From the human T2T-CHM13v2.0 reference genome, Homo sapiens, in assembly GCF_009914755.1 (NCBI RefSeq), contig NC_060933.1: a stretch of DNA of 64,000 bases; one strand, 5' to 3'. The notes beneath the pieces were generated by a model. It did no database searches. It was not told the DNA's origin and saw nothing but the letters and a program-made list of their open reading frames with translations. Of this stretch, positions 12,700 to 27,849 are shown in pieces. The position numbers and the translations under genes were made by a program. Numbering within the stretch: position 1 is the stretch's first letter; each line of letters begins with the position of its first letter.

Positions 12700-15600
12700 A
12701 ATGGAATGGAATGGAATTAACCCGAATACAATGCAATGGAATGGAATGGAACGGAATGGAGTGGAATGGAATGGAATCAACCCGAGTGCATGGGAATGGA
12801 ATGGAATGGAATGCAATGGAATGGAATCATCCGGAATGGAATGGAATGGAATGGAATGCAAAGCAATGGAATCAACTCGATTGCAATGGAATGGAATGGA
12901 ATGTAAAGGAATACATTGGAATCAACCCGAGTGGAATGGAATGGAAAGGACTGGAATGGAGTGGAATGGAATGGAATGGAATGGAATGGAATCAACTCGA
13001 TTGGAATGGAATAGAATGGAATGGAATGGAATGGAATTAACCCGAATAGAATGGAATGGAATGGAATGGAACGGAACGGAAAGGAATGGAATGGAATGGA
13101 ATGGAATGGAAACAACCCGACTGCAGGGGAATGGAATGGAATGGAATGCAATGGAATGGATTCAACTTGAATGGAATGGAAAGAATGGAATTAACACGAG
13201 TGGAATGGCATGGATTGGAATGGAATGGAATGGAATCAACGCGAGTACAGGGGAATGGAATGGAATGGAATGCAATGGAATGGAATCATTCGTAATGGAA
13301 TGGAAAGGAATGGAATGGAATGGAATGGAATGGAATGGAATCAACTCGATTGCAATCGAATGGAATGGAATGGAATTAACCCGAATAGAATGGAATGGAA
13401 TGGAATGGAACGGAACGGAATGTAATGGAACGGAATGGAATGGAATGGAACGGAAAGGAAGGGAATGGAATGGAATAGAATGGAATGGAATGGAATCAAC
13501 ACGAGTGAAGGGGAATGGAATGGAATGGAATGCAATGGAATGGAATCTTCCGGAATGCAATGGAATGGAATGGAATGGAATGGAATCAACCCGAGTGCAA
13601 TGGAATGGAGTGGAATGGAATGGAATGGAATGGAACAACCCGAATGGAATGGAATGTAATGGAGAGTAAGGGAGTTGAATAGAATCAATCCGAATGTAAT
13701 GGAATGGAATGGAACGGAATGGAATTGAATGGAATGGAATGGAATGCAATGGAATGGAATCAACCCGAGTGCAATGGAATGGAGAGGAATGGAATGGAAT
13801 GGAATGGAAACTACCCGAATGGAATGGAATGTAATGGAGTGTAAGGGAATTGAATAGAATAAATCCGAATGTAATGGAATGGAATGGAACGGAATGGAAT
13901 GGAATGGAATGGAATGGCATGGAATGGAATGCAATGGAATGGAATCAACCCGAGTGCAATCGAATGGAATCGAATGGAAGGGAATGCAATGGAATGGATT
14001 CAACTTGAATGGAATGGAAAGAATGCAATCAACACGAGTGGAATGGCATGGATTGGAATGGAATGGAATGGAATCAACCCGAGTACAGGGGAATGGAATG
14101 GAATGGAATGCAATGGAATGGAATCATCCATAATGGAATGGAAAGGAATGGAATGGAATGGAATGGAATGGAATGGAACGGAACGGAACGGAATGGAATG
14201 GAATGGAATGGAATGGAATGGAATGGAAACAACCCGACTGCAGGGGAATGGAATGGAATGGAATGCAATGGAATGGATTCAACTTGAATGGAATGGAAAG
14301 AATGGAATCAACACGAGTGGAATGGCATGGATTGGAATGGAATGGAATGGAATCAACCCGAGTACAGGGGAATGGAATGGAATGGAATGCAATGGAATGG
14401 AATCATCCGTAATGGAATGGAAAGGAATGGAATGGAATGGAATGGAATGGAATGGAATCAACTCGATTGCAATTGAATGGAATGGAATGGAATTAACCCG
14501 AATAGAATGAAATGGAATGGAATGGAACGGAACGGAATGGAATGGAATGGAATGGAATGGAATGGAACGGAAAGGAAGGGAATGGAATAGAATAGAATGG
14601 AATGGAATGGAATCAACGCGAGTGCAGGGGAATGGAATGGAATGGAATGCAATGGAATGGAATCTTCCGGAATGGAATGGAATGGAATGGAATGGAATGG
14701 AATGGAATGGAATCAACCCGAGTGCAATGGAATGGAGTGGAATGGAATGGAATGGAATGGAACAACCCGAATGGAATGGAATGTAATGGAGAGTAAGGGA
14801 GTTGAATAGAATCAATCCGAATGTAATGGAATGGAATGGAACGGAATGGAATTGAATGGAATGGAATGGAATGCAATGGAATGGAATCAACCCGAGTTCA
14901 ATGGAATGGAGAGGAATGGAATGGAATGGAATGGAAACTACCCAAATGGAATGGAATGTAATGGAGTGTAAGGGAATTGAACAGAATCAATCCGAATGTA
15001 ATGGAATGGAATGGAACGGAATGGAATGGAATGGAATGGAATGGAATGCAATGGAATGGAATCAACCCGAGTGCAATCGAAGGGAATCGAATGGAATGGA
15101 ATGCAATGGAATGGATTCAACTTGAATGGAATGGAAAGAATGGAATCAACACGAGTGGAATGGCATGGATTGGAATGGAATGGAATGGAATCAACCCGAG
15201 TACAGGGGAATGGAATGGAATGGAATGCAATGGAATGGAATCATCCGTAATGGAATGGAAAGGAATGGAATGGAATGGAATGGAATGGAATGGAATGGAA
15301 TGGAATGGAATCAACTCGATTGCAATCGAATGGAATGGAATGGAATTAACCCGAATAGAATGGAATGGAATGGAATGGAACGGAACGGAATGGAATGGAA
15401 TGGAATGGAATGGAACGGAACGGAATGGAATGGAATGGAATGGAATGGAATGAAATGGAATCAATGCGAGTGCAGGGGAATGGAATGGAATGGAATGCAA
15501 TGGAATGGAATCTTCCGGAATGGAATGGAATGGAATGGAATGGAATGGAATGGAATGAAATGCAATGGATTCAACTCGATTGCAATGGAATGGAATAGAA

Positions 15601-16384
15601 TGGAATGGAATGGAATGGAATGGAATTAATCCGAATAGAATGGAATGGAATGGAATGGAACGGAATGGAACGGAATGGAATGGAATGCAATGGAATGGAA
15701 TGGTATGGAATGGAATGGAATGGTACGGAATAGAATGGAATGGAACGAATTGTAATGGAATGGAATGGAATGGAATGGAATGGAATGGAATCAACGCGAG
15801 TGCAGGGGAATGTAATGTAAAGGAATGCAATGGTATGGAATCATCCGGAATGGAATGGAATGGAATGGAATGGAATGGAATCAACCCGAGTGCAATGGAA
15901 TGGAGTGGAATGCAATGGAATGGAATGGAACAACCCGAATGGAATGGAATGTAATGGAGAGTAAGGGAGTTGAATAGAATCAATCCAAATGTAATGGAAT
16001 GGAATGCAACGGAATGGAATGGAATGGAATGGCATGGAATGCAATGGAATTGAATCAACCCGAGTACCATGGAATGGAATGGAATGGAATGGAATGATAC
16101 GGAATAGAATGGAATGGAACGAAATGGAATGGAATGGAATGGAATGGAATGGAATGGAATGGAATGGAATGGAATCGTTCCGAGTGGAATAGGAGGGAAT
16201 GTATTCGAGTGGAATGGAAAGGAATGGTATCAACCAGAGTGGAATGGAAGGGAATGGAATGGAATGGAAACTAATAGAATGGAATCAACCCGAGTGGAAT
16301 GGAATCGAAAGGACTGGAATGGAATGGAATGGAATGGAATCAACTCGATTGCAAAGGAATGGAATGGAATGGAATGGAATGGAA
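12700..16384 (+). repeat. 3.7-kb tandem duplication, copy 1
   Basis: Identical ORF translations recur at a fixed offset of 3718 (13162..13920 and 16880..17638; 13884..14510 and 17602..18228) and then 3713 (15565..15954 and 19278..19667; 15841..16233 and 19554..19946). Confidence 0.93.
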
Positions 16385-16417
16385 TCAACTCGATTGTAAT
16401 GGAATGCAATGGAATGG

Positions 16418-19400
16418 AATGGAATGGAATGGAATTAACCCGAATACAATGCAATGGAATGGAATGGAACGGAATGGAGTGGAATGGAATGGAATCAACC
16501 CGAGTGCATGGGAATGGAATGGAATGGAATGCAATGGAATGGAATCATCCGGAATGGAATGGAATGGAATGGAATGCAAAGCAATGGAATCAACTCGATT
16601 GCAATGGAATGGAATGGAATGTAAAGGAATACATTGGAATCAACCCGAGTGGAATGGAATGGAAAGGACTGGAATGGAGTGGAATGGAATGGAATGGAAT
16701 GGAATGGAATCAACTCGATTGGAATGGAATAGAATGGAATGGAATGGAATGGAATTAACCCGAATAGAATGGAATGGAATGGAATGGAACGGAACGGAAA
16801 GGAATGGAATGGAATGGAATGGAATGGAAACAACCCGACTGCAGGGGAATGGAATGGAATGGAATGCAATGGAATGGATTCAACTTGAATGGAATGGAAA
16901 GAATGGAATTAACACGAGTGGAATGGCATGGATTGGAATGGAATGGAATGGAATCAACGCGAGTACAGGGGAATGGAATGGAATGGAATGCAATGGAATG
17001 GAATCATTCGTAATGGAATGGAAAGGAATGGAATGGAATGGAATGGAATGGAATGGAATCAACTCGATTGCAATCGAATGGAATGGAATGGAATTAACCC
17101 GAATAGAATGGAATGGAATGGAATGGAACGGAACGGAATGTAATGGAACGGAATGGAATGGAATGGAACGGAAAGGAAGGGAATGGAATGGAATAGAATG
17201 GAATGGAATGGAATCAACACGAGTGAAGGGGAATGGAATGGAATGGAATGCAATGGAATGGAATCTTCCGGAATGCAATGGAATGGAATGGAATGGAATG
17301 GAATCAACCCGAGTGCAATGGAATGGAGTGGAATGGAATGGAATGGAATGGAACAACCCGAATGGAATGGAATGTAATGGAGAGTAAGGGAGTTGAATAG
17401 AATCAATCCGAATGTAATGGAATGGAATGGAACGGAATGGAATTGAATGGAATGGAATGGAATGCAATGGAATGGAATCAACCCGAGTGCAATGGAATGG
17501 AGAGGAATGGAATGGAATGGAATGGAAACTACCCGAATGGAATGGAATGTAATGGAGTGTAAGGGAATTGAATAGAATAAATCCGAATGTAATGGAATGG
17601 AATGGAACGGAATGGAATGGAATGGAATGGAATGGCATGGAATGGAATGCAATGGAATGGAATCAACCCGAGTGCAATCGAATGGAATCGAATGGAAGGG
17701 AATGCAATGGAATGGATTCAACTTGAATGGAATGGAAAGAATGCAATCAACACGAGTGGAATGGCATGGATTGGAATGGAATGGAATGGAATCAACCCGA
17801 GTACAGGGGAATGGAATGGAATGGAATGCAATGGAATGGAATCATCCATAATGGAATGGAAAGGAATGGAATGGAATGGAATGGAATGGAATGGAACGGA
17901 ACGGAACGGAATGGAATGGAATGGAATGGAATGGAATGGAATGGAAACAACCCGACTGCAGGGGAATGGAATGGAATGGAATGCAATGGAATGGATTCAA
18001 CTTGAATGGAATGGAAAGAATGGAATCAACACGAGTGGAATGGCATGGATTGGAATGGAATGGAATGGAATCAACCCGAGTACAGGGGAATGGAATGGAA
18101 TGGAATGCAATGGAATGGAATCATCCGTAATGGAATGGAAAGGAATGGAATGGAATGGAATGGAATGGAATGGAATCAACTCGATTGCAATTGAATGGAA
18201 TGGAATGGAATTAACCCGAATAGAATGAAATGGAATGGAATGGAACGGAACGGAATGGAATGGAATGGAATGGAATGGAATGGAACGGAAAGGAAGGGAA
18301 TGGAATAGAATAGAATGGAATGGAATGGAATCAACGCGAGTGCAGGGGAATGGAATGGAATGGAATGCAATGGAATGGAATCTTCCGGAATGGAATGGAA
18401 TGGAATGGAATGGAATGGAATGGAATGGAATCAACCCGAGTGCAATGGAATGGAGTGGAATGGAATGGAATGGAATGGAACAACCCGAATGGAATGGAAT
18501 GTAATGGAGAGTAAGGGAGTTGAATAGAATCAATCCGAATGTAATGGAATGGAATGGAACGGAATGGAATTGAATGGAATGGAATGGAATGCAATGGAAT
18601 GGAATCAACCCGAGTTCAATGGAATGGAGAGGAATGGAATGGAATGGAATGGAAACTACCCAAATGGAATGGAATGTAATGGAGTGTAAGGGAATTGAAC
18701 AGAATCAATCCGAATGTAATGGAATGGAATGGAACGGAATGGAATGGAATGGAATGGAATGGAATGCAATGGAATGGAATCAACCCGAGTGCAATCGAAG
18801 GGAATCGAATGGAATGGAATGCAATGGAATGGATTCAACTTGAATGGAATGGAAAGAATGGAATCAACACGAGTGGAATGGCATGGATTGGAATGGAATG
18901 GAATGGAATCAACCCGAGTACAGGGGAATGGAATGGAATGGAATGCAATGGAATGGAATCATCCGTAATGGAATGGAAAGGAATGGAATGGAATGGAATG
19001 GAATGGAATGGAATGGAATGGAATCAACTCGATTGCAATCGAATGGAATGGAATGGAATTAACCCGAATAGAATGGAATGGAATGGAATGGAACGGAACG
19101 GAATGGAATGGAATGGAATGGAATGGAACGGAACGGAATGGAATGGAATGGAATGGAATGGAATGAAATGGAATCAATGCGAGTGCAGGGGAATGGAATG
19201 GAATGGAATGCAATGGAATGGAATCTTCCGGAATGGAATGGAATGGAATGGAATGGAATGGAATGGAATGAAATGCAATGGATTCAACTCGATTGCAATG
19301 GAATGGAATAGAATGGAATGGAATGGAATGGAATGGAATTAATCCGAATAGAATGGAATGGAATGGAATGGAACGGAATGGAACGGAATGGAATGGAATG

Positions 19401-20097
19401 CAATGGAATGGAATGGTATGGAATGGAATGGAATGGTACGGAATAGAATGGAATGGAACGAATTGTAATGGAATGGAATGGAATGGAATGGAATGGAATG
19501 GAATCAACGCGAGTGCAGGGGAATGTAATGTAAAGGAATGCAATGGTATGGAATCATCCGGAATGGAATGGAATGGAATGGAATGGAATGGAATCAACCC
19601 GAGTGCAATGGAATGGAGTGGAATGCAATGGAATGGAATGGAACAACCCGAATGGAATGGAATGTAATGGAGAGTAAGGGAGTTGAATAGAATCAATCCA
19701 AATGTAATGGAATGGAATGCAACGGAATGGAATGGAATGGAATGGCATGGAATGCAATGGAATTGAATCAACCCGAGTACCATGGAATGGAATGGAATGG
19801 AATGGAATGATACGGAATAGAATGGAATGGAACGAAATGGAATGGAATGGAATGGAATGGAATGGAATGGAATGGAATGGAATGGAATCGTTCCGAGTGG
19901 AATAGGAGGGAATGTATTCGAGTGGAATGGAAAGGAATGGTATCAACCAGAGTGGAATGGAAGGGAATGGAATGGAATGGAAACTAATAGAATGGAATCA
20001 ACCCGAGTGGAATGGAATCGAAAGGACTGGAATGGAATGGAATGGAATGGAATCAACTCGATTGCAAAGGAATGGAATGGAATGGAATGGAATGGAA
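16418..20097 (+). repeat. 3.7-kb tandem duplication, copy 2
   Basis: Shares rare variants with copy 1 (GGAATTAACACGAG, CATTCGTAAT, CAATGCGAG, GTACCATGG, GATTGCAAAGG). The only difference I noticed is a GGAAT run of 9 instead of 10 units (18980-19024 vs 15262-15311). Confidence 0.93.
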
Positions 20098-23000
20098 TGG
20101 AATGGAATGGAATTAACCCGAATACAATGGAATGGAATGGAATGGAACGGAATGGAGTGGAATGGAATGGAATCAACCCGAGTGCAGGGGAATGGAATGG
20201 AATGGAATGCAATGGAATGGAATCATCCGGAATGGAATGGAATGGAATGGAATGCAAAGCAATGGAATCAACTAGATTGCAATGGAATGGAATGGAATGG
20301 AAAGGAGTACATTGGAATCAAGCCGAGTGGAATGGAATGGAAAGGACTGGAATGGAGTGGAATGGAATGGAATGGAATAGAATGGAATCAACTCGATTGG
20401 AATGGAATGGAATGGAATGGAATGGAATTAACCCGAATAGAATGGAATGGAATGGAATGGAACGGAACGGAACGGAATGGAATGGAATGGAATGGAATGG
20501 AATGGAATGGAATGGAATCAACCCGACTGCAGGGGAATGGAATGGAATGGAAGGCAATGGAATTGATTCAACTTGAATGGAATGGAAAGAATGGAATCAA
20601 CACGAGTGGAATGGCATGGATTGGAATGGAATGGAATGGAATCAACCCGAGTACAGGGGAATGGAATGGAATGGAATGCAATGGAATGGAATCATCCGTA
20701 ATGGAATGGAAAGGAATGGAATGGAATGGAATGGAATGGAATGGAATGGAATCAACTCGATTGCAATCGAATGGAATGTAATGGAATTAACCCGAATAGA
20801 ATGGAATGGAATGGAATGGAACGGAACGGAACGGAACGGAACGGAACCGAGTGGAATGGAATGGAATGGAATTGTATGGAATGGAATGGCATGGTACGGA
20901 ATAGAATGGAATGGAAAGAATTGGAATGGAATGGAATCGAATGGAATAGAATGGAATGGAATGGAATCAACCCGAGTGCAGGGGAATGTAATGGAATGGA
21001 ATGCAATGGAATGGAATCATCCGGAATGGAATGGAATGGAATGGAATGGAATGGAATGGAATGGAATCAACCCGAGTGCAATGGAATGGAGTGGAATGGA
21101 ATGGAATGGAATGGAACAACCCGAATGGAATGGAATGTAATGGAGAGTAAGGGAGTTGAATAGAATCAATCCGAATGTAATGGAATGGAACGGAATGGAA
21201 TGGAATGGAATGGAATAGAATGGAATGGAATGGAATGCAATGGAATGGAATCAACCCGAGTACAATGGAACGGAATGGAATGGAATGGAATGTAATGGAA
21301 TGGAATGGAATGGAATGGAATGGAATGGAATCAACCCGAGTGCAATGGAAACTACCCGAATGGAATGGAATGTAATGGAGTGTAAGGGAATTGAATATTA
21401 TCAATCCGAATGGAATGGAATGGAATGGAACGGAATGTAATGGAATGGAATGGAATGGAATTAACCCGAGTGCAGGGGAATGGAATGGAATGGAATGCAA
21501 TGGAATGGAATCATCCGGAATGGAATGGAATGGAATGCAATGGAATGGAATGGAATGGAATCAACCCGAGTGCAATGGAATGGAGTGAAATGGAATGGCA
21601 TGGAATGGAAACAACCAGAATGGATTGGAATATAACGGAGTGTAAGGGAATTGAATAGAATAAATCTGAATGTAATGAAATGGAAGGGAACGGAATGGAA
21701 TGGAATGGAATGGAATGGAATGCAATGGAATGGAATCAACCTGAGTGCAATCGAATGGAATCGAATAGAATGGAATGCAATGGAATGGATTCAACTTGAA
21801 TGGAATGGAAAGAATGGAATCAACACGAGTGGAATGGCATGGATTGGAATGGAATGGAATGGAATCAACCCGAGTACAGGGGAAAGGAATGGAATGGAAT
21901 GCAATGGAATGGAATCATCCATAATGGAATGGAAAGGAATGGAATGGAATGGAATGGAATGGAATGGAATGGAATCAACTCGATTGCAATCGAAAGGAAT
22001 GGAATGGAATTAACCGAATAGAATGGAATGGAATGGAATGGAACGGAACGGAATGGAATGGAATGGAAGGGAATGGAATGGAACGGAAAGGAAGGGAATG
22101 GAATGGAATAGAATGGAATGGAATGGAATAAACGTGAGTGCAGGGGAATGGAATGGAATGGAATGCAATGGAATGGAATCTTCCGGAATGGAATGAAATG
22201 GAATGGAATGGAATGGAATGGAATGGAATCAGCCCGAGTGCAATGGAATGGAGTGGAATGGAATGGAATGGAATGGAACAACCCGAATGGAATGGAATGG
22301 AATGGAGAGTAACGGAGTTGAATAGAATCAATCCGAACATAATGGAATGGAATAGAACGGAATGGAATTGAATGGAATGGAATGGAATGCATTGGAATGG
22401 AATCAACCCGAGTGCAATGGAAAGGAGAGGAATGGAATGGAATGGAATGGAAACTACCCGAATGGAATGGAATGTAATGGAGTGTAAGGGAATTGAATAG
22501 AATCAATCCGAATGTAATGGAATGGAATGGAACGGAATGGAATGGAATGGAATGGAATGGAATGGAATCAACCCGAGTGCAATCGAATGGAATCGAATGG
22601 AATCGAATGCAATGGAATGGATTCAACTTGAATGGAATGGAAAGAATGGAATCAACACGAGTGGAATGGCATGGATTGGAATGGAATGGAATGGAATCAA
22701 CCCGAGTACAGGGGAATGGAATGGAATGGAATGCAATAGAATGGAATCATCCGTAATGGAATGGAAAGGAATGGAATGGAATAGAATGGAATGGAATGGA
22801 ATCAACTCGATTGCAATCGAATGGAATGGAATGGAATTAACCCGAATAGAATGGAATGGAATGGAATGGAACGGAACGGAACGGAACGGAATGGAATGCA
22901 ATGGAATGGAATGGAACGGAACGGAATGGCATGGACTGGAATGGAATGGAATGGAATCAACCCGAGTACAGGGGAATGGAATGGAATGGAATGCAATGGA

Positions 23001-26000
23001 ATGGAATCATCCGTAATGGAATGGAAAGGAATGGAATGAAATGGAATGGAATGGATTCAACTCGATTGCAACGGAATGGAATAGAATGGAATGGAATGGA
23101 ATGGAATGGAATCAACCCGATTGCAATGGAATGGAGTGGAATGGAATGGAATGGAATGGAACAACCCGAATGGAATGGAATGGAATGGAGAGTAAGGGAG
23201 TTGAATAGAATCAATCCGAATGAAATGGAATGGAATGCAACGGAATGGAATGGAATGGAATGGAATGGAATGGAAAGCAATGTAATTGAATCAACCCGAG
23301 TACAATAGAATGGAATGGAATGGAATGGAATGAAATGGAATGGAATGGAATGGAATGATACGGAATAGAATGGAATGGAACGAAATGGAATGGAATGGAA
23401 TGGAATGGAATGGAATGGAATGGAATGGAATGGAATGGAATGGAATGGAATCGTTCCGAGTGGAATAGGAGGGAAAGTATACGAGTGGAATGGAAAGGAA
23501 TGGAATCAACCAGAGTGGAATGGAAGGGAATGGAATGGAATGGAAACTAATAGAATGGAATCAACCCGAGAGGAATGGAATGGAAAGGACTGGAATGGAA
23601 TGGAATGGAATGGAATCAACTCGATTGTAATGGAATGGAATGGAATGGAATGGAATGGAATGGAATTAACCCGAATACAATGCAATGGAATGGAATGGAA
23701 TGCAATGGAATGCAATGGAATGGAATCATCCGGAATGGAATAGAATGGAATGGAATGCAAAGCAATGGAATCAACTCGATTGCAATGGAATGGAATGGAA
23801 TGGAAAGGAATACATTGGAATCAACCCGAGTGGAATGGAATGCAAAGGACTGGAATGGAATGGAATGGAATGGAATGGAATGGAATGGAATCAACTCGAT
23901 TGGAATGGAATGGAATGGAATGGAATGGAATGGATTGGAATTAACCCGAATAGAATGGAATGGAATGGAATGGAACGGAACGGAATGGAATGGAATGGAA
24001 TGGAATGGGATGGAATGGAGTCAACCCGACTGCAGGGGAATGGTATGGAATGGAATGCAATGGAATGGATTCAACTTGAATGGAATGGAAAGAATGGAAT
24101 CAACACGAGTGGAATGGCATAGATTGGAATGGAATGGAATGGAATCAACCAGAGTACAGGGGAATGGAATGGAATGGAATGCAATGGAATGGAATCATCC
24201 GTAATGGAATGGAAAGGAATGGAATGGAATGGAATGGAATCAACGCGAGTGCAGGGGAATGGAATGGAATGGAATGCAATGGAATGGTATCTTCCGGAAT
24301 GGAACGGAATGGAATGGAATGGAATGGAATGGAATCAACCCGAGTGCAATGGAATGGAGTGGAATGGAATGGAATGGAATGGATCAACCCGAATGGAATG
24401 GAAAGTAATGGAGAGTAAGGGAGTTGAATAGAATCAATCCGAATGTAATGGAATGGAATGGAACGGAATGGAATTGAATGGAATGGAATGGAACGGAATG
24501 GAATGGAATGGAATCAACGCGAGTGCAGGGGAATGGAATGGAATCGAATGGAATGGAAAGGAATGGAATGGAATCAACCCGAGTGCAGGGGAACCTAATG
24601 GAACGGAATGCAATGGAATGGAATCACCCGGAATGGAATGGAATGGAATGGAATGGAATCAACCCGAGTGCAATGGAATGGAGTGGAATGGAAAGGAATG
24701 GAATGGAACAACCCGAATGGAATGGAATGTAATGGAGAGTAAGGGAGTTGAAAAGAATCAATCCGAATGTAATGGAATGGAATGGAACGGAATGGAATGG
24801 AATGGAATGGAATGGAATGGAATGCAATGGAATGGAATCAACCCGAGTACAATGGAATGGAATGGAATGGAATGGAATTGAATGGAATGGAATGGAATGC
24901 AATGGAATGGAATCTTCCGGAATGGAATGGAATGGAATGGAATGGAATGGAGTGGAATGCAATGGATTCAACTCGATTGCAATGGAATGGAATAGAATGG
25001 AATGGAATGGAATGGAATATAATGGAATTAAACCGAATAGAATGGAATGGAATGGAATGGAACGGAACAGAACGGAACGGAACGGAACGGAGTGGAATGG
25101 AATGGAATGGAATTGTATGGAATGGAATGGAATGGTACGGAATAGAATGGAATGGAAAGAATTGGAATGGAATGGAATCGAATGGAATGGAATGGAATGG
25201 AATGGAATGGAATCAACCCGAGTGCAGGGGAATGTAATGGAACGGAATGCAATGGAATGGAATCATCCGGAATGGAATGGAATGGAATGGAATGGAATGG
25301 AATGGAATGGAATCAACCCGAGCGCAATGGAATGGAGTGGAATGGAATGGAATGGAATGGAACAACCCGAATGGAATGGAATGTAATGGAGAGTAAGGGA
25401 GTTGAATAGAATCAATCCGAATGTAATGGAATGGAACGGAATGGAATGGAATGGAATGGAATGGAATGGAATGGAATGGAATGCAATGGAATGGAATCAA
25501 CCCGAGTACAATGGAACGGAATGGAATGGAATGTAATGTAATGGAATGGAATGGAATGGAATGGAATGGAATCAACCCGAGTGCAATGGAATGGAGTGAA
25601 ATGGAATGGAATGGAATGGAGACAACCAGAATGGATTGGAATATAATGGAGTACAAGGGAATTGAATAGAATCAATCTGAATGTAATGAAATGGAATGTA
25701 ACGGAATGGAATGGAATGGAATGGAGACAACCCGACTGCAGGGGAATGGAATGGAATGGAATGCAATGGAATGGATTCAACTTGAATGGAATGGAAAGAA
25801 TGGAATCAACACGAGTGGAATGGCATAGATTGGAATGGAATGGAATGGAATCAACCCGAGTACAGGGGAATGGAATGGAATGTAATGCAATGGAATGGAA
25901 TCATCCGTAATGGAATGGAATGGAATGGAATGGAATGGAATGGAATGGAATGGAATGGAATCAACTCGATTGCAATCGAATGGAATGGAATGGAATTAAC

Positions 26001-27849
26001 CCGAATAGAATGGAATGGAATGGAATGGAACGGAACGGAACGGAACGGAACGGAATAGAATGGAATGGAACGGAAAGGAATGGAATGGAATGGAATGGAA
26101 TGGAATGGAATGGAATGGAATGGAATCAACGCGAGTGCAGGGGAATGGAATGGAATGGAATGCAATGGAATGGAATCTTCCGGAATGGAATGGAATGGAA
26201 TGGAATGGAATGAAATGCAATGGATTCAACTCGATTGCAATGGAATGGAATAGAATGGAATGGAATGGAATGGAATGGAATTAACGCGAATAGAATGGAA
26301 TGGAATGGAATGGAACGGAATGGAACGGAACGGAATGGAATGGAATGGAATGGAATGGAATGGTATGGAATGGAATGGAATTGTACGGAATAGAATGGAA
26401 TGGAAAGAATTGTAATGGAATGGAATTGAATGGAATGGAATGGAATGGAATGGAATCAACGCGAGTGCAGGGGAATGTAATGGAACGGAATGCAATGGAA
26501 TGGAATCATCCGGAATGGAATGGAATGGAATGGAATAGAATGGAATGGAATGGAATCAACTCGATTGGAATGGAATGGAATGGAATGGAATGGAATGGAA
26601 TGGAATGGAATGGAATGGAATGGAATTAACCCGAATACAATGGAATGGAATGGAATGGAACGGAACGGAACGGAATGGAATGGAATGGAATGGAATGGAA
26701 TGGAATGGAAACAACCCGACTGCAGGGGAATGGAATGGAATGGAATGCAATGGAATGGATTCAACTTGAATGGAATGGAAAGAATGGAATCAACACGAGT
26801 GGAATGGCATGGATTGTAATGGAATGGAATGGAATCAACCCGAGTACACGGGAATGGAATGGAATGGAATGCAATGGAATGGAATCATCCGTAATGGAAT
26901 GGAAAGGAATGGAATAGAATGGAATGGAATGGAATGGAATGGAATCAACTCGATTGCAATCGAATGGAATGGAATGGAATTAACCCGAATAGAATGGAAT
27001 GGAATGGAATGGAACGGAACGGAACGGAATGGAATGGATTGGAATGGAATGGAATGGAATGGAATGGAACGGAAAGGAATGGATTGGAATGGAATGGAAT
27101 GGAATGGAATGGAATGGAATGGAATCAACGCGAGTGCAGGGGAATGGAATGGAATGGAATGGAATGGAATGGAATGGAATGGAATGGAATGCAATGGAAT
27201 GGAATCTTCCGGAATAGAATGGAATGGAATGGAATGGAATGGAATGGAATGGAATGGAATGGAATAAACCCGAGTGCAATGGAATGGAGTGCAATGGAAT
27301 GGAATGGAATGGAACAACCCGAATGGAATGGAATGTAATGGAGAGTAAGGGAGTTGAATAGAATCAATCCGAATGTAATGGAATGGAATGGAACGGAATG
27401 GAATTGAATGGAATGGAATGGAATGCAATGGAATGGAATCAACCCGAGTGCAATGGAATGGAGAGGAATGGAATGGAATGGAATGGAAACTACCCGAATG
27501 GAATGGAATGTAATGGAGTGTAAGGGAATTGAATAGAATCAATCCGAATGTAAAGGAATGGAATGGAACGGAATGGAATGGAATGGAATGGAATGGAATG
27601 CAATGGAATGGAATCAACCCGAGTGCAGTCGAATGGAATCGAATGGAATGGAATGCAATGGAATGGATTCAACATGAATGGAATGGAAAGAATGGAATCA
27701 ACACGAGTGGAAAGGCATGGATTGGAATGCAATGGAATGGAATCAACCCGAGTACAGGGGAATGGAATGGAATGGAATGCAATGGAATGGAATCATCCGT
27801 AATGGAATGGAAAGGAATTGAATGGAATGGAATGGAATGGAATGGAATG

